A stretch of DNA of 64,000 nucleotides from Candidatus Eiseniibacteriota bacterium. Lineage in GTDB: Bacteria; Eisenbacteria; RBG-16-71-46; CAVPCR01. Of this stretch, positions 1-9,811 are shown in pieces. Numbering within the stretch: the first letter of the stretch is position 1; each line of letters begins with the position of its first letter. Position numbers and translations under genes: made by a program. The notes under the pieces are model-generated. The model was not told where the DNA came from, made no database searches, and saw only the letters and a list, made by a program, of their open reading frames with translations. The stretch is taken from assembly GCA_963702435.1 (NCBI GenBank), contig CAVPCR010000005.1:224001-288000 (forward strand), read 5' to 3'.

Positions 1-259
1 CACCGGCGCCCAGATGGCCACGGGCTTCACCCAGGCCCTCGGCCAGGACGTGCGCTACAACGCGGTCGAGCCCGAGGTGTTCCGCGGCTTCGGCTTCCCC
101 GGCGCCGAGGATCTCGGCAACATGTTCCAGTTCAAGCGTGACTTCGAGGCGGCCTTCTGTGGCGCGCGCTCGATCGCCGTTTCTCGCGCGCTGAATCCGT
201 CGCTCCAGTCGTTCAGCGAGTGGCTCCAGCGGAACAAGAGCCGGATCCCCCTCGCGTAG
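1..259 (+). CDS. NmrA/HSCARG-family NAD(P)-binding protein, C-terminal part (5' truncated by window)
   Basis: C-terminus GFPGAEDLGNMFQF...SRALNPSLQSFSEWL resembles NmrA-like proteins; frame is open from the window edge. Confidence 0.7.
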   Translation, partial: TGAQMATGFTQALGQDVRYNAVEPEVFRGFGFPGAEDLGNMFQFKRDFEAAFCGARSIAVSRALNPSLQSFSEWLQRNKSRIPLA

Positions 260-379
260 GAGCCGGTCAGACCTGGGCCGGCCGCGGCGCTCGAGCGCGG
301 CGGCCGGCCTCACCCCCCGCCCCGCCCGCGGCCAGCGGGCGTATACTGCGAGCTCACCGGATCCGAGGAGGACAGGCCG

Positions 380-1315
380 ATGAGCTTCCAGATCCAGAGC
401 GGCGAGCGGCCCGAGCTCGCGCCGCTCGCCGCGGGCGATGCGCCCGCGGCCGGCGCCATCATCTATCGCGCGATCGCCCGCGCCTTCCGCGATCACGGGC
501 TACCCGAGCCGATCGCCGACGAGGCCCAGGGCGAACGCCTGGCGCGGCTCTACCTCACGCTCGACCCCGAGGGGTGCCTGGTCGCGCGCCACGACGGCGC
601 GCCGATCGGCGCCGGTTTCCTGCACGTGCGCGACGAGGTCGCTTCCCTCGGGCCGGTGGTTGTCGATCCGTCGCACCAGGGCCAGGGCGCCGGCACGCAG
701 CTGTTCGAGGCGCTCGCCGACCGCGCCGCCCGCTGCGCGTCGACACGCCTCTTCGTCGATGCCTTCAATGTGCGCGCGTTCGGCATCCCGCTCCGGCGCG
801 GCTTCGAGCCGCGGGACCTCGGGCTCCGGCTCGTCGCCCTCGGCGGCCTGCGCGGGCCGGGCATGCTCGCGACGATCGCTCCCGCGCCGGTGCGCGAGCT
901 CACGCTCGACCTCTTGCCGGCCGTGGTCCGCTTCGATGCGGGCTTCTACGGCGGGTCCCGCGAGCGCGATCTCCGCGCTCACCTGGCGAGCGGCGGCCGC
1001 GGTCTCGTCGCCGAGGAGGGCGGCCAGGTGCGGGGCTATCTCTGCGGGCGCGTCGAGGGGCACCTCGCGACGATCGGCCCGGGGAGCGCCGAGTCGGCCG
1101 ACCTCCTCGCCACGCTCCTCGCGCGCCTCGGCGAGGAGCTCAGCGCGAGCGCCAACATCTTCCTCACCTACGTCCTCGCCTCGCAGTCGGCGGTCGTCAC
1201 CGCCGCATTCGCGATGGGCTTTCGTGTCACGAACCTCTCCGTGTACATGGTGCGCGGCGCCTACACCCCGGTCAAGCACCCCGCCGTGATCGGCTGTCCG
1301 CCCGACGTCGTGTAA
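380..1315 (+). CDS. Tandem GNAT-family N-acetyltransferase
   Basis: Acetyl-CoA motif A VVDPSHQGQGAG, a second degenerate GNAT domain, and GGAGGA RBS upstream. Confidence 0.8.
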   Translation: MSFQIQSGERPELAPLAAGDAPAAGAIIYRAIARAFRDHGLPEPIADEAQGERLARLYLTLDPEGCLVARHDGAPIGAGFLHVRDEVASLGPVVVDPSHQGQGAGTQLFEALADRAARCASTRLFVDAFNVRAFGIPLRRGFEPRDLGLRLVALGGLRGPGMLATIAPAPVRELTLDLLPAVVRFDAGFYGGSRERDLRAHLASGGRGLVAEEGGQVRGYLCGRVEGHLATIGPGSAESADLLATLLARLGEELSASANIFLTYVLASQSAVVTAAFAMGFRVTNLSVYMVRGAYTPVKHPAVIGCPPDVV

Positions 1316-1340
1316 CCAGGCCGCGAAGGATCCCCCCCCC

Positions 1341-3260
1341 ATGCGCATTGAATCCCTGCTCTCGGCCCGCCTCTTCCTCGCGCCCGAGATCGCCGCCGGG
1401 CGCCTCTACTTCGTAAGCGACCTGAGCGGGCGGCTCTCCCTCTACGCGATGGAGGCCCGTCCCGGCGGCAGCGTGCCCGAGCCGCTCCTGCCACCGTCGA
1501 TCGCACTCCAGAACCCGCATCTCCTGGGCGGCCGTCCGTTCGCTGTGTTTCCCGCGCTCGGGAAGATCATCGTGATGCTCGATCGGGACGGCGATGAGAA
1601 CTACCAGCCGGTGGCGATCCCGCTCGCCGGCGGCTTCCCGGAGCCGGCCTTCGGCGACCGGCTCGCGGGCGATCGCGTGCGCATGGGCCGCGTCGACCGG
1701 ACGCGCGGCCTCGTCTACCTCGGCGCCGAGTCGCGGCGCGAGGCGGTCCACCGCGCCTACCGCGGTGACGTGGCGAGCGGGAAGCTCGAGCTCCTCGGCG
1801 AGAGCAAGTGGGGCGCGATTCCGGTGGCGCACGCCGCAGATCATTCCCGCGTGCTCCTCGCCGACGGCTACACCGGGGGCGATGTCGTCCTCTTCGAGTG
1901 GCGGGCAGGGCAAGGCGGGGCGCGGCGGGCGCTCCTCTACGGCACGCCGCTCGAATCCCGCCGTCCGGGACACGACTATCCGCTCTCGGCGATCGGCTAC
2001 TGCCAGTACGTCGCCGGGGACACGGGCCTCCTCCTCGTCCACGCGCTCCACTCCGACCACTACAGCCTCGGCTACCTGGATCTGCACAAGCCGGCGGCGA
2101 TCGAGCGGGTGAAGATCGCCGGCATCGTGCACACCGGCTCCGGCGAGCTCACCGCGATCGAGCATCTCGCCGCCGACCGCTTCACGGTGAGCTACAACAT
2201 CGACGGCTGTTCATGGCTCTACGAGGGCCGCTTCGACGAGGCGGACTTGACGCTCGTCCTCGACCGCGTCCTCTGCGGCATGGGCGACTTCGCGCATGGC
2301 GTCCTCCAGTCGGCGAGCTACGACGAGGCGAGCGCGACCCACGTCTTCTCCTTCTCGACCGCCACCGCACCGAGCCAGATCTGCTCGGTCGACGGCGGTC
2401 CCGGCCGCCCTGCCCCGGTGGCGCACACGCGCGAGCGCGTGCTCGGCCTCCCCGCCGAGTGGCTCGAGCCGGGCGAGGACGCCTCGTTCACGTCGTTCGA
2501 CGGGCTCCGCATCTCGGCCCGCCTGTATCGGCCGGCGCCGGCGCGCGAATTCCAGGGGCCACGCCCGCTCGTCTACTACATACACGGCGGGCCCCAGAGC
2601 CAGGAGCGACCCGACTTCTCCTGGTTCTCGATGCCGCTCATCCAGTTCCTCACGCTGAACGGATTCGCGGTGTTCGTGCCCAACGCTCGCGGCTCGGAAG
2701 GCTACGGCCTCTCCTACATGAAGCGGGTCGATCGCGACTGGGGTGGCGCGGATCGCCGCGACCACGTGCACGCGATGACCGAGGTCCTCGCGCGCGACCC
2801 GCGGCTCGACGTCGCGCGGGCCGGCGTGATCGGACGCTCCTACGGCGGGTACATGACCTTGACCCTGGCCAGCCGCCATCCCCAGCTATGGGCCGCCGCG
2901 GTCGACATGTTCGGGCCGTACGACCTCACGACCTTCGTGAGCCGCATCCCGGAGGCCTGGAAGCCGCACTTTGTGCTCGCGGTGGGCGACCCGGCCACCG
3001 AGCGGGACCTCCTCCTCGAGCGCTCCCCCGCCACCTACATCGAAGGGATCACCTGCCCGCTTCTCGTCATCCAGGGCCAGAACGACCCGCGGGTCGTCGA
3101 GCAGGAATCACGCGATGTGGTCGAGCGCCTGCGCGCGCTCGGCCGTGCAGTAGACTACCTCGTCTTCGCGGACGAGGGACACGACGTGCTCAAGTTCGAG
3201 AACAAGGTGACTTGCTACAACACGATCACCGAGTTCTTCACGAAGCACCTCAAGCCCTGA
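1341..3260 (+). CDS. S9 (prolyl oligopeptidase/acylaminoacyl peptidase) family serine peptidase
   Basis: IHGGP, GRSYGG nucleophile elbow, QGQNDPRV (Asp), DEGH (His). Confidence 0.92.
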   Translation: MRIESLLSARLFLAPEIAAGRLYFVSDLSGRLSLYAMEARPGGSVPEPLLPPSIALQNPHLLGGRPFAVFPALGKIIVMLDRDGDENYQPVAIPLAGGFPEPAFGDRLAGDRVRMGRVDRTRGLVYLGAESRREAVHRAYRGDVASGKLELLGESKWGAIPVAHAADHSRVLLADGYTGGDVVLFEWRAGQGGARRALLYGTPLESRRPGHDYPLSAIGYCQYVAGDTGLLLVHALHSDHYSLGYLDLHKPAAIERVKIAGIVHTGSGELTAIEHLAADRFTVSYNIDGCSWLYEGRFDEADLTLVLDRVLCGMGDFAHGVLQSASYDEASATHVFSFSTATAPSQICSVDGGPGRPAPVAHTRERVLGLPAEWLEPGEDASFTSFDGLRISARLYRPAPAREFQGPRPLVYYIHGGPQSQERPDFSWFSMPLIQFLTLNGFAVFVPNARGSEGYGLSYMKRVDRDWGGADRRDHVHAMTEVLARDPRLDVARAGVIGRSYGGYMTLTLASRHPQLWAAAVDMFGPYDLTTFVSRIPEAWKPHFVLAVGDPATERDLLLERSPATYIEGITCPLLVIQGQNDPRVVEQESRDVVERLRALGRAVDYLVFADEGHDVLKFENKVTCYNTITEFFTKHLKP

Positions 3261-3282
3261 CGGCCACCGGCAAGGCAGCCGC

Positions 3283-4425
3283 TCACTCCGGGAAGCGCTT
3301 CCGCACCAGGGAGCGCTTCCATCCCTGCCGGTTCAGGTCGATGTCCTGGTTCGGATCGTAGTCCTCACGATCGGCAAAGGTGACATCGCCCGTGTTGTTC
3401 ACCCACCGGTACTTCCACTCATCGACGTCGCGCTCGACCTCCCCGGTGTAAGGGTTCACATACTCCTCCTGCCCGGTGAGGGTGAGATACATGTCGTTCT
3501 GGATCTCGGCCATCGTCTTCTGCCGGTGCTCGACGATCTCCTGGTCGATGCGTGCGATCTCGCGCTGCGTGTCGAGGACGATGCGGCTCCGCTCCATCTG
3601 CCCGCGGATCTCGCCGCGCACCCACTGGGGATTCATGCGCACCGAGCCCTGGATCACCTGGAGCACGGGCGCCAGGCGCGCGAACTCGGCCTCCGGCGCG
3701 CGGACCAGGACGGTCTCGCGATTGCCCCACATGCCTGCCCCCAGCTCGCCCCAGTCCTGAACGATGGCGAAGAGCACCTCCCGGAAGCGGACCCCGTTCT
3801 CGTCGTAGGCGACGGTGACGGTGGCCGCGTCGTAGGTGAAGGTCATTGGCTGTCCCATCATCGCCTGCACGCGCTGGCCGTAGCCATGAGCGGTCTCCGG
3901 ATGCTTCTTGCGCTCGACCACGCTGAGCCCGGCCGCCCCGGGGTGAGCCTTCGGGAGCACGACCTGGAGCAGGAACTCGTCGGCGGAGAGCAGCGGCCAT
4001 ACGGTCATTCCCTGGTACGTGCTGCCCGGAGGAAAGAGTCCCATCTGCCCTGCCGGCGATCGCCGCGCATCGAAGTAGAGCAGGTCCGGCAGCGAGCGGA
4101 TCATGGCGCTGCCGGCGGCGTCCTTCTTGATCGCCAGATCGAGCTTCGCTTCGATCGCGTTGGTCGGACCGCCGGCGGCGGTGGGATCCACCCGGAAGAT
4201 GCCGCCTTCGAGCGTCCAGCCGCGGGGAACGAGGATCGTGAAGGCGTTCTCCCGGGGCTCGCTCTGTCGCGTGAAGACGAGAGCCGCGCCGGCCTCGCCC
4301 GGCTCGGCGGCGCCCGCCCCGCCCGCAGCGCCGCCGGTCGCCTGCCCGGCGGCGCCCTCGTTCGATCGCGAGCAACCCAAGGCCACGAGCAACAGGAGAG
4401 ACCACAGTTTCGCTCTGCGCATCAT
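3283..4425 (-). CDS. Hypothetical lipoprotein
   Basis: Start MMRRAKLWSLLLLVALGC is a lipoprotein signal with lipobox; GGAAGGGAG RBS; the longer ORF-track N-terminus is probably spurious. Confidence 0.7.
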   Translation of the reverse strand: MMRRAKLWSLLLLVALGCSRSNEGAAGQATGGAAGGAGAAEPGEAGAALVFTRQSEPRENAFTILVPRGWTLEGGIFRVDPTAAGGPTNAIEAKLDLAIKKDAAGSAMIRSLPDLLYFDARRSPAGQMGLFPPGSTYQGMTVWPLLSADEFLLQVVLPKAHPGAAGLSVVERKKHPETAHGYGQRVQAMMGQPMTFTYDAATVTVAYDENGVRFREVLFAIVQDWGELGAGMWGNRETVLVRAPEAEFARLAPVLQVIQGSVRMNPQWVRGEIRGQMERSRIVLDTQREIARIDQEIVEHRQKTMAEIQNDMYLTLTGQEEYVNPYTGEVERDVDEWKYRWVNNTGDVTFADREDYDPNQDIDLNRQGWKRSLVRKRFPE

Positions 4426-4534
4426 CACGGACTCCCTTCCACCAGGCGTTCTCGCGGCCCCCATTGAATGGTCGCGCCGGATCGCGACCGCGTCAAGAGC
4501 CGGGCGCGGCAGGATGCACGGAACGGCCGCGGGC

Positions 4535-4550
4535 TGGCGCGCACTTTGCA
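4535..4550 (+). promoter_or_regulatory. Sigma54 (-24/-12) promoter
   Basis: TGGCGC-GCACT-TTGCA with exact GG-N10-GC spacing, about 90 nt upstream of the ATG at 4638. Confidence 0.6.
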
Positions 4551-4637
4551 ATGTCTCGGAATGATCGCGACAGCGGACCGGCGGACAACGAGTTAGCGCC
4601 GCCGCCCCGGGTCGCCTGCCCCACCTCGAGGGTGAGA

Positions 4638-4952
4638 ATGCGCCGAGACCTCGCCATCGTCCTCGCCAGTGTCCTCGTCCTGTCGGCCGCGCTCGCCGCG
4701 AACGCAACCCCGGGCGCGGCCCCGGACGGCGCGCCCGGAGCGCCGCCGTCCACGGCTCAAGCAAGCATCACCGCCCGCGCGCAGGTGATTGCGGCCGGGC
4801 CCGGCCGCGCCGCGGTCGCCGCGAGCGAATCCTTGCTGTCCGGCGCAGAAATCGGCTCGACCACCACGGCGGACGGACTGGCCCGGATCACGTGGCACGC
4901 GAGTGATGCGCCAGGCATCCCGGCGCTCCTGATCGAGTTCGTCGCGAACTAG
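4638..4952 (+). CDS. Small secreted protein, possible truncated pilin-like subunit
   Basis: Signal peptide; TAQASITARAQVI resembles TASGNILARANVM of the subunit at 9812; ends IEFVAN like the YTGN/YTAN ends of the other subunits. Confidence 0.55.
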   Translation: MRRDLAIVLASVLVLSAALAANATPGAAPDGAPGAPPSTAQASITARAQVIAAGPGRAAVAASESLLSGAEIGSTTTADGLARITWHASDAPGIPALLIEFVAN

Positions 4953-4981
4953 CGGGGCCTGCCGCCGGGAAGACGCCGCGA

Positions 4982-7696
4982 TCAGCGCGCCGGGCGGCGG
5001 GCCGCGGCGGGCACGAGGTGGACCTCGATCTCCGGGGCGCGCACTGCCGGATCCGCGGCAACCGTGCAGCGAGCGGCAGGCGCCGCCATCTCGAGGCCGA
5101 GGAGCGCGAGCACATCCGCTGGGATCGTTACCGTGTAGTCGCCGGCGAGGAGACCGAGAGCGTAGAACGTGCCGTCATGGAAGGTGACGGCCTCGTGGCG
5201 GCGCCCCGACGCGAGATGGGTCAGGATCACGCGCACACCGCCCACTCCGCCCACTCCCACTGCCCCTGCCGATCCCTCGCGCGTGACGCGCCCCGCCGCC
5301 TCCGCCCCGTTCACGACCGGCAGGTTCACCTCGCGGAAGCCGTTCGGCTCGACCGCGACCTGGGCGAGCGCAACGGTTGGTACGAGGAGCGGGCTCGGCA
5401 GCGACTCGGCATCGATCGTCACCGCGGCGTCCTCGAAGGGACCGAGATCCCACACCGTGTAGCGCCCGCGCTCGTCGGTCGTCACGGCCTGACAGCCGAC
5501 GAGGACCCGCACGCCGGGAAGCGGCTCCTCGCCCGGATCGAGCCAGCCGCTGGCGTTCGCATCCACGAAGACGAGGCCGCTTACCCCGCCACGCCCGATC
5601 GAGCGATGCGGAGACACCTCGATCTGGCGCGCCGCCTCGTTCCATAGCACCGCGCCCTCGGCATAGGCGGCCGTCGTCAGATCGCCGGTCGGCCCGCGCA
5701 TGACGTGAGCGCTCGAGTTGACGCCGGGGCGGAGCGCCGAGATCGCGAAGCTCACGCCGGTGCCCACCACCCGCGACCAGCCGATCTCGAGCTCGAAGCG
5801 CGCGAAGGGGCCCACGTTCTTGCCGGCGACCACTCCCGCGCGCTCGAGCGCGCTGCGGCCGAACTCCCATTCGAGCTGCCCGCGCAGGAGGAGCCCGCCG
5901 AGCACGGGGAGGCGGGACGCGCGGAGCGCGGTCGAGGCATTCACGCCGAGGATGTGGGCGCTCGCGGCCTCCGCTCCGAACCGGAGCCGCTCCGAGCGCC
6001 CCTCGACATTGAGGCGCACATTCCTGACCTGGCCGGAGAGGCCGAGGGCGAGGCGGCTCTGCCGATCGCGCTCACCGCGGAGGTCCTGAGCGCCAAGCGT
6101 CAGGAAGAACGCGCGCCGGCGCGGATCGGGACGATAGAAGGCGGTCACGCGCGTGCGTGAGAGCTGCCCGGGCGAGGTGAGAACCGGGTCCTCGACCTCG
6201 GGATCGAACACCTCGTGCAGGGCCGAGGCACGGAGATCGGGCGACGGCTCGTAGCCGACTTCGAGCGCGGCGAACGCGCCGCCCACCGCCTCGGCGCGGA
6301 GGAGCCAGGCCTCGTGGAGAACGCCGCTCACGCTCGTGTACGGATGCACGAGCAGGCTCCGGTCCGTGCCGGGGCCTTCGCTCCGGTCCCGATCGCGCAG
6401 GAAGAGATCGGTCCCCCCGCGGAGCGTCCACGCATCATTGATCCCGACCCGCGCGTCGACATTGGCGAGCCCCGCGCACTGGGGGCCGTCGCAGGCGCCG
6501 AGGCCCGCCTCGGCCTCGACCTCGCCCGCGGGCAGGCGATCCGCCGCGATCGGGATCGAGCGCAGGAGCTCGCGCACCTCCCCGTTCGGGCCGAACGCGC
6601 GCAGCTCGACCGGATTCGAGCCGTAATCGACCGGCGTCGCGATCTCGTAGTAGCCGAGCGCGTCGGTCATCGTGTAGTCGACGAGCTCCCCGTTCCGGTA
6701 GAGCTCGACATCCCACGCCTGACCAAGCCAGCCGCGCACGGCCGCTTCGCCGAAGGCGGCCGGGCGCGAGTAGGGCGCGGTCGAGGCGGCGATGCCATGG
6801 AAGGCTCGGGCGCGCGGCCCCGTCGATCCGACCCAGCCGAGGCGGAGCTGGCGCGGGGCGAAGCCCTCGGGCCACGCGCGCACCCAGGACGCGGTGAGCG
6901 GATCGGCGACTGCCCGGCCCTGCGGATTCCCGCGATGGCGTAGATCGAGGGATCCGCCCGCGAAACCCGTGCCGAAGCAGAGATCGTAGGTCGCCGTGGC
7001 AGGAGCGCCGAGATCGGCGAGCGCGAGGCCCCAGTCGAGCGCGGCCCCGGCGATGCGCTCGGGCCCGGGCACGAGCCGCCGATCCGGCTCTCCCTGGTCC
7101 TCTGCGCCACCGCGCGACGCGCGCGCGCGCTCGCGTGCGACGCGGCGCCCCACCGGAAGCTCGTCGGCGGGATCGAGCACGACCAGGAGCTCACCACGAT
7201 CGGTCTCGACCCGGAGATCGAGCAGCGCGGCGATGAGCGGCGTGCCCAGGTAGAGCTCGCCGTTCAAGAGACGCATCGGCGCGGCCTCGCGCGAGAACAC
7301 CGCGCGACCCGCCCGCGCCGTCTGGTACTCGAAGCTCACCTCGAGCTGGATGCCCTGCGGCTCGCGGAGCGCGGCAAGATGGCCGGTCGTATCGATCGCC
7401 GCCTGGATCTCGATGAGCTCGAAGAGCGGGCGCGCCGGCACGTAGATCTCATCGTCGAATGCGAGCGCGAGGAGAGTCTGACTGGCGATGCGGCCGGCGC
7501 GGAGCTCGATCACGAGCTCCTCAACGGGCGTGTCGGCGGCGGCCGGATCAACGGCGGCAGCGGCCGGGTCGGGTGCGGCGGGCGGACCGGCGGCCGCAGC
7601 CGATGCGAGGAGCATGCTGCCGGGAGCGAGGATCAGGGCGAGGACGAGCGCGGCGCGTCCCTGGCCCGCTCCCTTCCGGCGACCGATCCGTGGCAT
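4982..7696 (-). CDS. Usher-like outer-membrane protein with C-terminal SdrD-B/carboxypeptidase-regulatory-like domains
   Basis: Signal peptide, 904 aa, usher-like VELYRNGELVD...YGSNPVELRAFGPNGE segment, amphipathic beta strands, VFVDANASGWLDPGE motif; last gene of the subunit/chaperone operon. Confidence 0.7.
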   Translation of the reverse strand: MPRIGRRKGAGQGRAALVLALILAPGSMLLASAAAAGPPAAPDPAAAAVDPAAADTPVEELVIELRAGRIASQTLLALAFDDEIYVPARPLFELIEIQAAIDTTGHLAALREPQGIQLEVSFEYQTARAGRAVFSREAAPMRLLNGELYLGTPLIAALLDLRVETDRGELLVVLDPADELPVGRRVARERARASRGGAEDQGEPDRRLVPGPERIAGAALDWGLALADLGAPATATYDLCFGTGFAGGSLDLRHRGNPQGRAVADPLTASWVRAWPEGFAPRQLRLGWVGSTGPRARAFHGIAASTAPYSRPAAFGEAAVRGWLGQAWDVELYRNGELVDYTMTDALGYYEIATPVDYGSNPVELRAFGPNGEVRELLRSIPIAADRLPAGEVEAEAGLGACDGPQCAGLANVDARVGINDAWTLRGGTDLFLRDRDRSEGPGTDRSLLVHPYTSVSGVLHEAWLLRAEAVGGAFAALEVGYEPSPDLRASALHEVFDPEVEDPVLTSPGQLSRTRVTAFYRPDPRRRAFFLTLGAQDLRGERDRQSRLALGLSGQVRNVRLNVEGRSERLRFGAEAASAHILGVNASTALRASRLPVLGGLLLRGQLEWEFGRSALERAGVVAGKNVGPFARFELEIGWSRVVGTGVSFAISALRPGVNSSAHVMRGPTGDLTTAAYAEGAVLWNEAARQIEVSPHRSIGRGGVSGLVFVDANASGWLDPGEEPLPGVRVLVGCQAVTTDERGRYTVWDLGPFEDAAVTIDAESLPSPLLVPTVALAQVAVEPNGFREVNLPVVNGAEAAGRVTREGSAGAVGVGGVGGVRVILTHLASGRRHEAVTFHDGTFYALGLLAGDYTVTIPADVLALLGLEMAAPAARCTVAADPAVRAPEIEVHLVPAAARRPAR

Positions 7697-7726
7697 CCCG
7701 GCACCTCCCCGCCGCGGGGCGACGAC

Positions 7727-8242
7727 CTAGTTCCCCGTGTAGGAGACGACGAGCGTGACGGCCCCGGTGTAGACCCCCGGCGCCTGGGTGAGCGACGGAC
7801 TGACCGTGCCGCCGAGCCACGTGTAGAGGCGTCCGTTCGAGGGGCGGAGCCGCGTGATGTGGGTCAGGCGCGGATCGAAGAGCACGGCGTTCCGCGACTG
7901 CGGCAGCGTGGAATGACCGGCCGAGGTCGGACCGAAACCGATCGGCAGGGTGTACGGCCCGACCGTGAGGAAGATCGGCAACAGAAAGTCGAGCGAGATC
8001 TCGGCGCCCCGGGTCCCACGGACGAGGAAGCGGGCGCTCGCGGCGTTCGCCACCGCGATGGTGGCGGGCACGCCGCGGATCACATCTCCGAAATCGAGAT
8101 CGCGCTCGCGCGTGATGGTCAGATTGCCACCGACCACGATGGCGCTCGCCTCGATCGACTGCGCGCGCGCGGCGACCGCCGGTCCGAGAAGACCGCCAGC
8201 GATCCCGAGGAGGGCGAGATAGACGACAACCGCTCTGGTCAT
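7727..8242 (-). CDS. DUF4402-like fimbrial subunit
   Basis: Signal peptide; DLDFGDV, WLGGTV, QAPGVYTGAVTLVVSY motifs shared with two paralogs. Confidence 0.75.
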   Translation of the reverse strand: MTRAVVVYLALLGIAGGLLGPAVAARAQSIEASAIVVGGNLTITRERDLDFGDVIRGVPATIAVANAASARFLVRGTRGAEISLDFLLPIFLTVGPYTLPIGFGPTSAGHSTLPQSRNAVLFDPRLTHITRLRPSNGRLYTWLGGTVSPSLTQAPGVYTGAVTLVVSYTGN

Positions 8243-8254
8243 GGGTCAAGGACC

Positions 8255-9127
8255 TCACATCACGTCGAGCGCGAGCGACTGCTCCACGGGAACCGCAGGC
8301 AGGAGGCTCGGCGCCGGAATGTCATCCCGCTCGGTGGACACGCGGAGATGCACCGTGTACCGCCCGGGAACGAGGTCGCCCACGGGGAAGGCGAGCCGCC
8401 GGTGGAGATCGCCATACACGCCCACCGCTTGCTTCCACTCCCCCACCGTGCGGCCACCCGTATCCGCCATGGTGAACAAGATCGTCCCGAGGAAAGCGCC
8501 GCCGCCGCTCCGGCCGAGCCGGACGTCGGTGACGAGCGAATCGCCGGCCACGCGCGCCGCGAAACCCGCAAGGCTCACCCCCGCCGTCACCTCGCCCTTG
8601 CGATAGATGAGCGAGGTGATGGTCCGCATCTCGAGCGTCAATCCGACCTTCACCGCACCGTCCCCGGTGGCCGCCACCGGCGGCTCCCCACCGCGGGAGG
8701 TGATGATGATGCGACTCCAGTACTCGCCGTCGGGGAGACCCGCCGGCGGCTGGGCGAGGAGTCGGATCGCCTGCCGCGCGCCCGGGGCGACCACACAGCG
8801 CGCCGGCAGCGCCCGCACCCAGCGCGCCGCCGACGGCGCCTCAGCCGGCGGGTCGGGGATGAGCTCGACGCGCACGCCCCCGCTCTCATCGGAAACGGGA
8901 TAGCCGTACACGAGCTCGACCGTGACCTCCGCCGGCACATCGTCGGGATTCTGCACGTAGAAGACCGCCGCACGCGTGCGGTGGTCGATGAAGACGGCGT
9001 GCGGAGCGACGACCACGGCGCTCGCCGCGACCGCGTGCACCATGAGGAGGGTGAGCGCAGCGAGAAGGACGAGCCTCGCGTATCTCCCGTCCTCGTGCTG
9101 CCTGCCGTTCCGGTTCCCGGTGCGCAC
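8255..9127 (-). CDS. Pilus assembly chaperone (PapD-like fold)
   Basis: Signal peptide then VVVAPHAVFID, VQNPDD, PARCVVAPGARQAIRL, LPDGEYWSRI; GTG start chosen after GGAGGGAG (start uncertain). Confidence 0.72.
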   Translation of the reverse strand: MRTGNRNGRQHEDGRYARLVLLAALTLLMVHAVAASAVVVAPHAVFIDHRTRAAVFYVQNPDDVPAEVTVELVYGYPVSDESGGVRVELIPDPPAEAPSAARWVRALPARCVVAPGARQAIRLLAQPPAGLPDGEYWSRIIITSRGGEPPVAATGDGAVKVGLTLEMRTITSLIYRKGEVTAGVSLAGFAARVAGDSLVTDVRLGRSGGGAFLGTILFTMADTGGRTVGEWKQAVGVYGDLHRRLAFPVGDLVPGRYTVHLRVSTERDDIPAPSLLPAVPVEQSLALDVM

Positions 9128-9222
9128 CGAATCCACTCCCTCCGCTTGCGGGTACATCCGATCTCCCTTCGTTCCGCCCTTCGTTCCGCGCTCGATGTCC
9201 ATATCCTGCTTCCCCGCTCCGT

Positions 9223-9750
9223 TCAATTCGCGGTGTACGCGATAGTGAGCGTCACTGTGCCCTGGTATGCGCCCGCGCGCTGCGCGAGCGGCGCATGCAC
9301 GGTGCCGCCGAGAAAGACGTACGCGTGCCCGCTGCGCGAGAGCCTGGTGAGATAGGGAACCTGCGGATCGAAGCCCACGGCCTGGTCGGGCCGGTGCTCG
9401 GTCGTGAATCCCCCATCGTCCTCGGTGAACCCGATCGGCAAGAGCGCGCCGCCGGGACCCGCAAGCCCGCTCGGCAAGCTGAAGGTCAGAACGACCTCCT
9501 GGTTGGCGCGCCCGAACAACTTGAACTGGCCCGCCCGGCGCACGTCGAGCCGGCTCACGCTCACCGCGGCCCCCGCCACCACGTCCTCGAAGTCGAGGGG
9601 CTGGCGACCTTGCGGCGGCCGTGGCGCGGGGGCCGCGGAGCCTGGTGCTTCAAGCACCGGCTCCGCGTGCCCGCTCGCCAGCGGCAGCGTCATCGCGGCA
9701 AGGATCAGGGTGCGGACGAACCGCACCCGCCGCCCATTCCCCGCGTACAC
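9223..9750 (-). CDS. DUF4402-like fimbrial subunit
   Basis: LDFEDV, FLGGTV, QRAGAYQGTVTLTIAYTAN; signal peptide. Confidence 0.72.
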   Translation of the reverse strand: MYAGNGRRVRFVRTLILAAMTLPLASGHAEPVLEAPGSAAPAPRPPQGRQPLDFEDVVAGAAVSVSRLDVRRAGQFKLFGRANQEVVLTFSLPSGLAGPGGALLPIGFTEDDGGFTTEHRPDQAVGFDPQVPYLTRLSRSGHAYVFLGGTVHAPLAQRAGAYQGTVTLTIAYTAN

Positions 9751-9811
9751 ACTCCCTCCGTGGTGTGGGGGCGCGCCCGACCCCGGCCGGGCGCGGCGCG
9801 GTGGTCGAGTC

